Positions 52,351 to 64,000 of a stretch of 64,000 nt of DNA are shown piece after piece (within the stretch, counting starts at the first letter, position 1; each line of letters starts with the position of its first letter). Source of the stretch: Vicinamibacteria bacterium (GTDB taxonomy: Bacteria; Acidobacteriota; Vicinamibacteria; Marinacidobacterales; Marinacidobacteraceae); contig OY729431.1 in assembly GCA_963422395.1 (NCBI GenBank), positions 2,176,001 to 2,240,000 on the forward strand, read 5' to 3'. The notes under the pieces are model-generated. The model ran no database searches. It had not been told where the DNA came from and saw nothing but the letters and a program-made list of their open reading frames with translations. The position numbers and the translations under genes were made by a program.

Positions 52351-53010
52351 TCAGCGGCTGAGCAGGATTCCGAACACCCCGGTCAACGCCGCCAACAGCA
52401 CGAACAAGAACGCCCAGATCGCCCGGAGCTGGTTCGTCAACGAATCGAACTTGCCGCCCAGCGCCGCCACGCTGACCGCCAGCTCCTGAACCTGGGAAGT
52501 CAGCGTCGCAATCGCCGCGTCCGTCCGTTCAGCCTGCTTCGCAAGCGACGACTCCGTCCACTCGACATGCTTCGCAAGCGCCGCGTCCGCCCGTTCAGCT
52601 TGCTTCGCAAGCGCGGCGTCCGTCCGCTCGACATGTCTCCTGAGCAACGACTCCATTCGCTCGGCGTGTTCCGCGAGCGCTGTATCCATCCGCTTCGAAA
52701 TACGGGACTCCAGACCGGCGATCGCCGTGTCGGTGTACGCCTTCATCTGCGCGACCGCATTCTCCCCCGCCATGGCCCTGATCTCCTCGACCGCAGTATA
52801 GGCTGCCCCTGGTTCCCATCCCCGGACTAGCAGCGCGCGGAACAGCGCGCTCCGTTCCTTCCCCGAGGGAAGGGAGCCTCCGGAAGAAGTAGCGGCACGC
52901 GCTGCCGGCGAGACCGACTCCCGCGGCCCGGCAACGGGAGCCGCGGCGCCGAGTGCGACTGGCTTCGGTTTCAGTTCCGGTTTCGGCTGGTTCGGATCGA
53001 GGTGGGGCAT
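52351..53010 (-). CDS. Coiled-coil protein with C-terminal membrane anchor
   Basis: 11-residue repeats (AKQAERADAAL, AKHVEWTESSL, AKQAERTDAAI) and a terminal hydrophobic helix. Confidence 0.7.
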   Translation of the reverse strand: MPHLDPNQPKPELKPKPVALGAAAPVAGPRESVSPAARAATSSGGSLPSGKERSALFRALLVRGWEPGAAYTAVEEIRAMAGENAVAQMKAYTDTAIAGLESRISKRMDTALAEHAERMESLLRRHVERTDAALAKQAERADAALAKHVEWTESSLAKQAERTDAAIATLTSQVQELAVSVAALGGKFDSLTNQLRAIWAFLFVLLAALTGVFGILLSR

Positions 53011-53260
53011 GGGGGGTTCCTCCGCTGGGGTGAGAAAGCGTTCACGCTTCCACTACATACAGACGGAATTCCTGAGAATTTCTGCTCACCGAATCCATGC
53101 CCTTTTCCAGGAAATCGGAGCAAAACGGCCCGAAAGGGGCTCGAAAAAGAGCCGCGCCGCATCGTTCGGAGCCGGTTCGGAGACCTCCTCCCTCACTCCC
53201 TCCCCGAATTCCCCGGCGGCCGAGCCGTAAAGGCGCCCCGCCCCCGGCGCTGCCGCCGCT

Positions 53261-53668
53261 CTATCCGCCGGGCTGTCCGCAGACGGCGATGGCGTCTATC
53301 TCCACGAGGAAGCCGCTGCCGGGGAGCCGCTCGGGCTGGATCGTGGAACGGGCGGGGCGGTGGTCTCCGAACATGCGTTCGTACACCTCGTTCATCGCCT
53401 GGAACTCGTCCATGTCAGCGACGAAGACGCCGCAGCGGACGACCCGGTCGAGGCCGGAGCCGGCAGTTTCGAGGATCCGCGCCACATTCCGGAGCACCTG
53501 TTCGGTCTGGGCGGCGACTCCGCGCGGGGCGGCACCGGTGGCCGGGTCCACGCCGACCTGACCGGAGACGAAGACCAGGTTTCCGACCCGGACTCCGGGG
53601 CTGTACGGCCCGGCGGGCTTCGGGAGTCCGGGGCCGGCGATGAGGGTCATGCCATTTTCTATCGTCAT
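53261..53668 (-). CDS. RidA/YjgF family imine deaminase
   Basis: GPYSPG, FVSGQ, MNEVY, PARS, VEIDAIA. Confidence 0.92.
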   Translation of the reverse strand: MTIENGMTLIAGPGLPKPAGPYSPGVRVGNLVFVSGQVGVDPATGAAPRGVAAQTEQVLRNVARILETAGSGLDRVVRCGVFVADMDEFQAMNEVYERMFGDHRPARSTIQPERLPGSGFLVEIDAIAVCGQPGG

Positions 53669-54201
53669 TTTTCTCTTCTTTCGCGCCGGAGGTAGCGGCG
53701 CCGCACGACGCCCGGTTCGTCGGGGTCGGGAAGCGGAGGGCCCGCCTGCCAGCGGGTCTCGTCGATCGGGGGGAAGCGGACCGCGGTCTGCCCCGGAAGA
53801 AGGGCGATGCGGTCGGGAACGAAAGTGAGGTCGAGGAAGTCGGCGCAGCACATCGCGTCCTCGTAGATACGGGTTCCGCCGAGGAACCAGACCGCACCCT
53901 CGCAGACTGCGAGCGCTTCCGACAGCGAGCGGAAGGATTCGGCGCCCGCGACCGGGCCGCGGCTGATCACGATGTTCCGCCGCCGCGGCATCGGCCGCCG
54001 CGGAAGCGACTCCCAGGTGAGCCGCCCCACGATGATCGCCGCATCCCGGGTGAGCCGCCAGAGCCGGCGCCGGTCGCCGGGATGGTCCCAGGGGATCTCG
54101 CCGTCCACCCCGAGGATCCCCTCGGGCGAGACCGCCGCCATGCTAGCCCGGAAGGGGGGCGGCGGCAGCGCCTCGGAGTCGTCCATCCAGTCGGGGGTCA
54201 T
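53665..54201 (-). CDS. folA: Dihydrofolate reductase
   Basis: IPWDHPGD, VGRLTWES, RRNIVISR, LGGTRIY; downstream of thyA. Confidence 0.85.
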   Translation of the reverse strand: MTPDWMDDSEALPPPPFRASMAAVSPEGILGVDGEIPWDHPGDRRRLWRLTRDAAIIVGRLTWESLPRRPMPRRRNIVISRGPVAGAESFRSLSEALAVCEGAVWFLGGTRIYEDAMCCADFLDLTFVPDRIALLPGQTAVRFPPIDETRWQAGPPLPDPDEPGVVRRRYLRRERREK

Positions 54202-55064
54202 ACGGCGACCGCGAAGGGGATGGCTGGATGCGGGTCGTAGCCGTCGAGCCGGAAGTGCGAAAGGATCTCGTCGGTGCCCCGGTCGAGCAGGGACATCACC
54301 CCGTCGAGCGAACGGACCGTCTCGGAGAGCTGCAGCCGTGGCAGCAGACGCGGCTCACGCTCGAGCTGTCGTTCGAGGCCGGGCACATGATCGAACTCGG
54401 CCATCGAGCCGTCGGCCTTTTTCGTATAGGCGTGGGCGTCCACCAGGGTATGGGCCATCACTCCCGGCCGGAATCCCGACCAGGCGGCGAACAGGTGCAG
54501 CAGCAGCGCATATCCGGCGATGTTGTAGGGCAGACCGATCGCGATGTCGCAGCTTCGCTGGGTGACATGGAGGTTCAGCCGCGGCTCGCCGCTCGGGTCG
54601 GGCAGCACCTGCAGCACGAACGCGAAGTGGCAGGGCGGCAGGGCGCTCCGGTGCGCGTTCTCCGGCGACCAGGCACTCACCACCAGCCGGCGCGACATCG
54701 GATCGCGGCGCAGTTCGTCGAGGACCCAGCGGATCTGGTCCGTCTCTCCACCGGGCCCCGGATGCCGCCGCCAGAGAGCGCCGTAAGCGCTGGGCACCGA
54801 GCCGTCTTCGCGCACCCACGGGTCCCAGAATCGGCATCGGTGCCTCCGCAGCAGGGCGGGCTTCGGCTCTCCGGACAGGAACCAGAGGTTCTCGATCACG
54901 ATGTTCTTCCAGTGGATCTTCTTCGTGGTCAGCAGCGGAAACCCGTCTTCGAGTGCGACCTGGTAGTCCACATGGAAGGCGGCGATGGTGTCCACCCCGG
55001 TGCGGTTCGGACGCCGGACGCCGGTTGTGAGCACCCGCCGCACGGTCTCGAGATAGGCCTTCAC
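54198..55064 (-). CDS. thyA: Thymidylate synthase
   Basis: NRTG, FPLLTTK, SRR, LPPCH, QRSCD, PYNIA. Confidence 0.95.
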   Translation of the reverse strand: MKAYLETVRRVLTTGVRRPNRTGVDTIAAFHVDYQVALEDGFPLLTTKKIHWKNIVIENLWFLSGEPKPALLRRHRCRFWDPWVREDGSVPSAYGALWRRHPGPGGETDQIRWVLDELRRDPMSRRLVVSAWSPENAHRSALPPCHFAFVLQVLPDPSGEPRLNLHVTQRSCDIAIGLPYNIAGYALLLHLFAAWSGFRPGVMAHTLVDAHAYTKKADGSMAEFDHVPGLERQLEREPRLLPRLQLSETVRSLDGVMSLLDRGTDEILSHFRLDGYDPHPAIPFAVAV

Positions 55065-55076
55065 TGCTCGCCTTCC

Positions 55077-56249
55077 TCAGAACGCCTCCCCGAGCGCGCC
55101 GCGGAGCGCCTCGACCAACGCTTCGAGGAATGCCTCGAGGTCCTGCTCGTCGTTGTAGAGGTGCGGAGTGACCCGGATGGTGCCGCCGCGGATGCTCACG
55201 AAGACCTGCCGCCCGGAGAGCACCGCGCGCACCCGGGAGAGATCTTCAGGGCCGCTCCCGGACGGAAGGCCGAGCGCCAGATAGTGCGGCGCGCGCCGCT
55301 CCGGCGCCGCTGCGGTACAGCCGAGCCGAGCAGCCCCCTCGGCGAGACGGGCGGTCTTCGGGGCCAGGGTCGCGGCGATGTTCGCGGGCCCCCAGGCGAG
55401 CACTTGCCGGGCGGCGGCGAGCGCCGCCGGAACGAGGGCGAAATTGGACCGTCCCCCGCAGTCGAAGCGGCGGGCGCCCGGCTGCCGCTCCTCGGTGTAG
55501 TCCACCAGACGCGCGAACTTCCGCGCGTTCGCCCGCTGGATCCAGTTGTGCTCGAGGGGTTCCGCCTCGAGGTGCCCGGGCGCCGCCCGAAGGTAGCCGA
55601 GCGAATAGGGCGCCATGAGCCACTTGTAGGCCGCCCCGGCCACGAAGTCGGGGCGGATCGCCTCGCAATCGAACGGCAGCGCCCCGAGCGACTGGGTGGC
55701 GTCCACCACCAGGGCCGCGCCGGCGGCGCGCGCCGCCGCGCCGATCCGAACCAGGTCGAAGATCCCCCCGTCGGTCCAGTGCACCTGCGGCAGCGCCACG
55801 ATCGCGGTTCGCTCGCCGATCCGGTCGAGCACCGCCCGTGTCCAGTCGCCGTCCTCCGGACGCGGCACGAAACGGACCTCTCCGCCGGTGCGGCGCGCTT
55901 TCGCGGTCCACGGATAGACATTCGAGGGGAACTGTTCGGAAGCGAGCAGCACTTCCTCGCCGGTTTCGAGCGGCAGCGCATTCGCCGCGAGCGAGATCCC
56001 GTAGCTCGCCGAGGGGGTGAGGGCCACGGTTTCGGGAGAAGCCCCGAGGATCTGCGCCCACGCGGAACGGAGCGCCTCGCAGTCGTCGAAGAAGTCGTCG
56101 GAGGCGATCTTCCACGGCCGCGCCTTCTGCCGGAGGCCCGCGCTCCCTGCCTCGGCCACCCGGTGCATCAGCGGCGACATGTAGGCGCAGTTGAGCCAGG
56201 CGACCTCGCGCGGGATGTCGAAGAGGCCGCGCTGCGAAGGAAGGATCAC
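55077..56249 (-). CDS. Class V PLP aminotransferase / cysteine desulfurase-like
   Basis: WLNCAYMSP, FPSNVY, VDATQSLG, YKWLM, IRVTPHLYN. Confidence 0.88.
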   Translation of the reverse strand: MILPSQRGLFDIPREVAWLNCAYMSPLMHRVAEAGSAGLRQKARPWKIASDDFFDDCEALRSAWAQILGASPETVALTPSASYGISLAANALPLETGEEVLLASEQFPSNVYPWTAKARRTGGEVRFVPRPEDGDWTRAVLDRIGERTAIVALPQVHWTDGGIFDLVRIGAAARAAGAALVVDATQSLGALPFDCEAIRPDFVAGAAYKWLMAPYSLGYLRAAPGHLEAEPLEHNWIQRANARKFARLVDYTEERQPGARRFDCGGRSNFALVPAALAAARQVLAWGPANIAATLAPKTARLAEGAARLGCTAAAPERRAPHYLALGLPSGSGPEDLSRVRAVLSGRQVFVSIRGGTIRVTPHLYNDEQDLEAFLEALVEALRGALGEAF

Positions 56250-56254
56250 GGAGC

Positions 56255-56441
56255 TTAACAGCCTGTGGACAAAGTCACACGGCCGTCGACCGGCGATGCA
56301 TCCCGGCTGAACCGCCCCGTTTCACGGGGCTCATCGTTGCGTTTCGCTCGAAATACACCCGGTATTCCTCCCTCACGCGCCTTGCCAGCCGGGCGCCTCA
56401 CCGCTCTTTGAGCTCGCGCCACTTTATCCACAGGCTGTTAA
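56255..56441. mobile_element. MITE-like element, 187 bp
   Basis: 21-bp terminal inverted repeat ttaacagcctgtggacaaagt / actttatccacaggctgttaa (1 mismatch; TTAA may be a target duplication); non-coding interior. Confidence 0.75.
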
Positions 56442-56490
56442 CGAACTCCCGCTCTCCCGCGCATCACTCTCGCCCGCATCTCCCTCTGCG

Positions 56491-57363
56491 TCAGCGGCTG
56501 CCGGAGCGCTCGACCGCGAGTTCGGCTAGGAGCTCGCGGACCCGGCGAACGGTCGTATCGACCTTGAAGGCGATGCCCCGTTCGCCGAACGCGCGCGAAG
56601 CGAGCGTCGGGTCGCCCCGGACGCCGCTTCCGGGAAAGCCGCCGTCCTTCACCCGCGCCTCGGGCCGGATCTGTTCCGGGGCGACGAACCAGAGCTGGGA
56701 GGTGTCGGTCACCCCGGCATGGCGGCCGATGGCTTCCTCGTCGAGGCCCGGTCGTTCCAGGAGCCACTCCCGGAAGCCGTTGGAGCGGTAGTACTCGGGG
56801 ATGTAGAGCACCCGCGCCGGCTCCCCGGCAGCCCGCCATTCCTCGTTCAGCGCCGAAGCGGCCGTTTCCATGCCGCGCTGGTTGCCGCCGCTGTCGCCGA
56901 TGAAGATCACATTCTCGAAGCCGTGGACCTGGAAGCTGCGGGCGGCGTATTCGAGAACCGCCATGAAGTGCTCCTCGGGCAGCGTGATCGCTCCGGCATA
57001 GCGCATGTGGCCGGAGGGCGGCGACAGGTTCCCTTCGGGCACATACGCCATCACCGGCGCCACCAGCGCGCCGCCGAGTTCGCGGGCGATCCGTTCGGCG
57101 GTTGCCCGGATGATGAAGTTGTGCTTTCCGAGCACCATGTGCGGTCCGTTCTGCTCGGTGCCGCCAGTGGGAACGATCACCGAACGGGTCCCGGCCCGCA
57201 CCCGAGCGGCGACCTCCGTCCAGGTCAGCTCCTCGACGAACACGGTGTCGGGGCCCGGGCCCGCGTCCGGCGGCGCCGGAACCGTCTGCGAGGCGGCCGC
57301 GGCGGAAACGGCGAGGGCCGCTGCCAGACAGGCGGGGAGAAGAGAGGAAGAAGAACGGGGCAT
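56491..57363 (-). CDS. Creatininase family protein (exported)
   Basis: EELTWTE, GGTEQNGPH, DSGGN, HAG..DTS. Confidence 0.88.
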   Translation of the reverse strand: MPRSSSSLLPACLAAALAVSAAAASQTVPAPPDAGPGPDTVFVEELTWTEVAARVRAGTRSVIVPTGGTEQNGPHMVLGKHNFIIRATAERIARELGGALVAPVMAYVPEGNLSPPSGHMRYAGAITLPEEHFMAVLEYAARSFQVHGFENVIFIGDSGGNQRGMETAASALNEEWRAAGEPARVLYIPEYYRSNGFREWLLERPGLDEEAIGRHAGVTDTSQLWFVAPEQIRPEARVKDGGFPGSGVRGDPTLASRAFGERGIAFKVDTTVRRVRELLAELAVERSGSR

Positions 57364-57467
57364 AACGGGAATGTACTACCCTCTCAGAGGAGGGTGCGCC
57401 GCCGCGTTCAAGCCCCGAGCCGCGCGCCGATGAAGCCGCGAAAACCCGCGGAAGGAATGAAATGAGG

Positions 57468-58001
57468 TCAGGCGGGAAGCGGTTCGGGCGGGGGCTTCCC
57501 GCCGGCGGGGGGGGTCTCGGTAGCTCGCTGGAAGGCTTCGACGATCCGGTTCTGGCGGAGGAGGGCGAGGCCGACCACCACCAGGGCCGCCAGGGTGAAG
57601 GCGAGCACCAGATACGCAGCCCCGGAGTGGATGCCCGGCGGGAAAGCCCGCGTGTGCGCCCCGCCGCCGAGGATGAAGGCCACCATCGGCAGCGCCATCC
57701 CGCCGAGCCCCCAAGGGGCGGCGCCCGCCTTGAGGCGGCGGCTGCGGGCGAGCAGCGCCGCGCCCCGGGGGTCTCCCGAGAGCGCGGGCGGCCCGCTCTC
57801 CCCCGCCAGCGCCTTCCGGAGCATGCTGGTCATCGCCGCCAGATAGAAATAGCTCATGGTGTGGGCGAACACCACCAGCAGCACCGAGAGCAGGCCGGAC
57901 CAGATGTGGGTCGCCAGCGAGCCCGAACCGAAGCCGCCGAAACAGGTGAAGGCGAAGGCCGCGAGGCCCAGCGCGTGGACGGTCAGCAGTCCGAGGACCA
58001 T
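57468..58001 (-). CDS. Hypothetical 4-TM membrane protein
   Basis: Four hydrophobic helices, several with His residues; lies between co-oriented genes. Confidence 0.65.
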   Translation of the reverse strand: MVLGLLTVHALGLAAFAFTCFGGFGSGSLATHIWSGLLSVLLVVFAHTMSYFYLAAMTSMLRKALAGESGPPALSGDPRGAALLARSRRLKAGAAPWGLGGMALPMVAFILGGGAHTRAFPPGIHSGAAYLVLAFTLAALVVVGLALLRQNRIVEAFQRATETPPAGGKPPPEPLPA

Positions 58002-58115
58002 GCCGAAAACCCTGTCGGAAATGCCGCCGGGGCCCGCAACGGGAACGAGGTCGGGAACGCCGTCGAAAACTGCAACAGAAAACCGGCCGCCCCGGGCACC
58101 GACCCCATCGGAACC

Positions 58116-59546
58116 TCACGCATCGGTAGGCTCTTCTTCGGTGTCGAAATCGGGCACGACGAGTTCGCTGCGGCGGCGGATGAGATCGATGAAGTCGTGG
58201 AGGAACGAGACCACCTCGTCGTTCGAGAGGCCGTGAGAACGGGCCAGCTCTTCGATGTCGCCCGCACCCAGTTCCGCCTGATACGCCGATACCGCCTCGG
58301 GGCCGAACTTCTCGACCAGCGCGCCGAGCAGGGGCTTCGCCAAGGCTGGCGGAAGCGCGCCGACGATAGTTTTCGGTGGGGCCTTCGGAAGGACCTTCGG
58401 CGGCCGACTCCCGGAGCCCGCCGCCTCCCTGTTCGTCGGCGCTCTACCCATCGGCGCTCTGCCCATCGGCTCCCTGCCCGCCGCTCCCGCCATCCCCGCC
58501 ATCGGGGCGATGGGCGGCAGCTTCGCCAGCGGGTCTTCCCCGCGCCCCACCTCGGGACCCGTCGGCTCCCGGTCGAGCTGCAGCCGGACGACATCCCAGC
58601 GGCTGTAGTGGCCCATGCAGTCGAAGACATTCTTGGCGACGATCCGGTCGGCGAGGTCGAGGTCGGCGATCACCAGGCCTTCCTCGCCGAAGAGCGGCTC
58701 CGCCGCGTAGGTCCCGAAGGGAGTGGCGATCGCACTGCCACCCATCGCCCACTTCCAGTTCGTGGTCTTCTTGTAGGGAAAGTCGTCCGGCACCTGATCC
58801 TCGGACAGATACATCGAGGCCGAAACCACGAAGGTCTGGGTCTCGAAGGCGTATTCGCGCACCGCGGCGTCCTGGTCGGAGTGGTGGAGCGGATAACGGG
58901 TCCCGGTCATGTCCCGGACGGTGTTCCCCATTCCTCCGTAAGCCCAGTACCCCGGCCAGCAGGCGGCGTGGACCTCCTCGCCCTTCGTCGCCATCGCCGC
59001 CTTCAGCAGCGTCATGTGGTTCTCGAAGCAGATCAGCCCGCCGAGCACCCCGAACGGGGTGTCGAAGACCCGCAGGTCGCTCGCGTCGCCGCGGCCCCAG
59101 AAGATGCGCTCCTGGTGGGTCGGCATCAGCTTTCGGTGCCGGCCCATGATCTGCCCGTCCGGCCCCAGGAAGAGCATCGTGTTGTAGAGAGTCCGCGACC
59201 CCGGCCGATCGTCCTGCTCGTTCAGACCGATCACCGCGGTGAGGCCCGCCGAGCGGACGGCCCGGCCGAGCGCCTCGGTCTCCGGCCCCGGGATCCGCAC
59301 CGCGCCTTCGTAGAAGGCGAGCACGGTCTCCTTCCACTGGCGCGCCGATTCGGGATCGGTATAGCCGAAATTGTTGCGCCAGTAGGGATAAGCGGGGATC
59401 CCGGTCTCCGGGGTCACGATGAGTTCCACCCCCTGCTTCCCGGCCGCGGCGATGGTCTCCGCATACTTCTCGACGCTCGCCTTGCGGTCCATGAAGACGG
59501 GGCTGATCTGGGCGGCGCAGGCGCGCAGAGTTCGCTTTTCGGTCAT
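58116..59546 (-). CDS. Nitrilase (carbon-nitrogen hydrolase) with C-terminal extension
   Basis: Triad TPE, HRKLMPT, ICFENH; DCMGHYSR; ~130 additional residues. Confidence 0.9.
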   Translation of the reverse strand: MTEKRTLRACAAQISPVFMDRKASVEKYAETIAAAGKQGVELIVTPETGIPAYPYWRNNFGYTDPESARQWKETVLAFYEGAVRIPGPETEALGRAVRSAGLTAVIGLNEQDDRPGSRTLYNTMLFLGPDGQIMGRHRKLMPTHQERIFWGRGDASDLRVFDTPFGVLGGLICFENHMTLLKAAMATKGEEVHAACWPGYWAYGGMGNTVRDMTGTRYPLHHSDQDAAVREYAFETQTFVVSASMYLSEDQVPDDFPYKKTTNWKWAMGGSAIATPFGTYAAEPLFGEEGLVIADLDLADRIVAKNVFDCMGHYSRWDVVRLQLDREPTGPEVGRGEDPLAKLPPIAPMAGMAGAAGREPMGRAPMGRAPTNREAAGSGSRPPKVLPKAPPKTIVGALPPALAKPLLGALVEKFGPEAVSAYQAELGAGDIEELARSHGLSNDEVVSFLHDFIDLIRRRSELVVPDFDTEEEPTDA

Positions 59547-59556
59547 GGCTTTCCCG

Positions 59557-62700
<3,144 letters not shown>

Positions 62701-62944
62701 CGCGCTCCCCCCCGCCGATTCTGTGGCGGAAGAGCCTGCGGTCTTCAGACCCACGGAAGGAGGCGTCAATGGAAGTGCGCGGGAAGTGCGCGAGGGAAGC
62801 CTGCACGGGCTCTGCCGCGGTGGTCGATCGGCGGAGGGGGCGGTTTCGAAACGGAACCCACCTTCACCCGGAGTGCTGATGACCATCTCCCCACCCGGCG
62901 AACGGGTGCAGAATTCTAGCAGCCCGTGGATGGAGCAGCCGACT

Positions 62945-63191
62945 GCGGCTCAAAAAACATGCTGCGACCGAGGCTGTGCCTCGGGCGCGTCGCAGCGGGG
63001 GAATGTGTGAAAGGGGGGGAATCCCCCCTTTCACAAAACAGCAACTCCGAAGACGGACTCGCTGCCGGAGGCAGCGAGTCCGTCTTCACGGCGCGGAGCG
63101 CCGGGCGGTTCGGGAGCGGGGCATTCCCCCCCCTCTCTTCCCACGAGAGTGCGAGACACGACCCGAAACCCCCGCCCCGTTCCCGGACCGC
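62945..63191. repeat. Solo diverged copy of the ~248-bp multi-hairpin element
   Basis: Same hairpin order as the 28.9-30.1 kb array, including GTGAAAGGGGGGAATCCCCCCTTTCAC. Confidence 0.88.
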
Positions 63192-63224
63192 ACAGCCCGG
63201 GAACGGCGTCCACCTCTCAGCCTC

Positions 63225-63614
63225 TCAGCCGCCTTCGGAGGCGAGATACTCCGCGTAATCTGCCGCGGAGAGGAGCGGCGCGAGCGCGCTCTCGTCTTCG
63301 AAGCGGATCCGGAACAGCCAGCCGTCCCCGTAGGGGTCGGCGTTGATCCGTTCCGGAGAGGCTTCGAGCGCCTGGTTCCCTTCGGTCACCACCCCGGCGA
63401 CCGGGCAGAAGATCTCGGAGACGGCCTTCACCGACTCGACGGTTCCCACCGCTTCTCCGGCGCCCACGGCAGAGTCGGGAGCGGGGAGCTCGACATAGAC
63501 GATGTCTCCCAGCTCTTCTTGGGCATGGTCGGTGATTCCGATGGCGGCGGTGCCGCCGCCTTCGAGACGGAGCCACTCGTGCTCCTTGCTGTAATAGAGG
63601 CCGCTTTCGATCAT
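63225..63614 (-). CDS. gcvH: Glycine cleavage system H protein
   Basis: HEW, GITDHAQEELGDIVYV, VESVKAVS (lipoyl Lys), PYGDGWL. Confidence 0.96.
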   Translation of the reverse strand: MIESGLYYSKEHEWLRLEGGGTAAIGITDHAQEELGDIVYVELPAPDSAVGAGEAVGTVESVKAVSEIFCPVAGVVTEGNQALEASPERINADPYGDGWLFRIRFEDESALAPLLSAADYAEYLASEGG

Positions 63615-63637
63615 TCGGGCTCTCCGAGGGAGATTCT

Positions 63638-64000
63638 TCAGGTCTTCGCCGGCCCGGCGAGTTTCTTCCGGGTCGCCGCCGCCGGCCGCTCGGGCCGACG
63701 ATAGAACGGGGTGGGCACGACCTCGGCCGGAACCGGGCGGCCGCGGATCTCCACATCGAACCGCTGTCCCGGCTCGGCGACGGCAACCGGAAGATACCCG
63801 AGACCGATGCTCTTTTCCAGGAATGGGGCGTAGCCGCCGCTCGTGACCGATCCGAACCGCTCGCCGTCCACTCGGATGGGATAGCCGCGGCGGGGGATCC
63901 CTCGGCCCCGCAGTTCGAAGCCGACCAGCTTGCGCCGGATCCCTTGCTCTCGCTGGGCGAGGAGCGCGGCGCGCCCGGTGAAGCCGCCCTTCCCGAACTT
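63638..64000 (-). CDS. gcvT: Glycine cleavage system T protein, 3' part
   Basis: GSVTSGGYAPFLEKSIGLGY, EIRGR, PFY; upstream of gcvH; runs off the window. Confidence 0.9.
   Translation of the reverse strand, partial: KFGKGGFTGRAALLAQREQGIRRKLVGFELRGRGIPRRGYPIRVDGERFGSVTSGGYAPFLEKSIGLGYLPVAVAEPGQRFDVEIRGRPVPAEVVPTPFYRRPERPAAATRKKLAGPAKT

Noticed and set aside
56255-56441. Replication origin
   Set aside because: Only two DnaA-like boxes, no AT-rich unwinding element, no dnaA/dnaN context
62701-63224. Glycine riboswitch in the gcv operon
   Set aside because: Could not find the GGAGA / CCGAAG / CTCTCAGG consensus arrangement; half of the region is the repeat element

Overview
High-GC bacterial chromosomal window; gene content suggests an Acidobacteriota-like organism (inference only). 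Bases 1-12.4 kb are a decaying mobile/defence island. It holds a Phd-VapC toxin-antitoxin (TA) pair, two tandem tyrosine recombinases, a broken DUF1156 methyltransferase/SNF2 restriction-like locus, a RelE/HigBA-type TA pair and an ietAS-like AAA-ATPase + S8 protease cassette. That cassette is bracketed by a 384-bp direct repeat, and its protease gene carries an IS5 element that leaves the reading frame open. The rest is mostly core genome: VKOR-DsbA, M50 and M48-like proteases, a complex I cluster nuoABCDHIJKN plus ferredoxin (no nuoEFG or nuoLM), a frameshifted maeB, an amidohydrolase, a BNR glycosyl hydrolase, an atypical class A beta-lactamase, an ECF sigma/anti-sigma/PDZ operon, a Panacea-type TA pair, argR-C-D-F'-B, ggt, an M16 peptidase pair, ridA-folA-thyA, a nitrilase and gcvT-H-P. 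The most unusual non-coding feature is a ~248-bp multi-hairpin element, present as a 5-unit tandem array (28.9-30.1 kb) next to a small PD-(D/E)xK-like ORF and as a structurally covarying solo copy between gcvH and gcvP. A 187-bp MITE is also present. All product calls come from motif recognition by eye; no searches were run.
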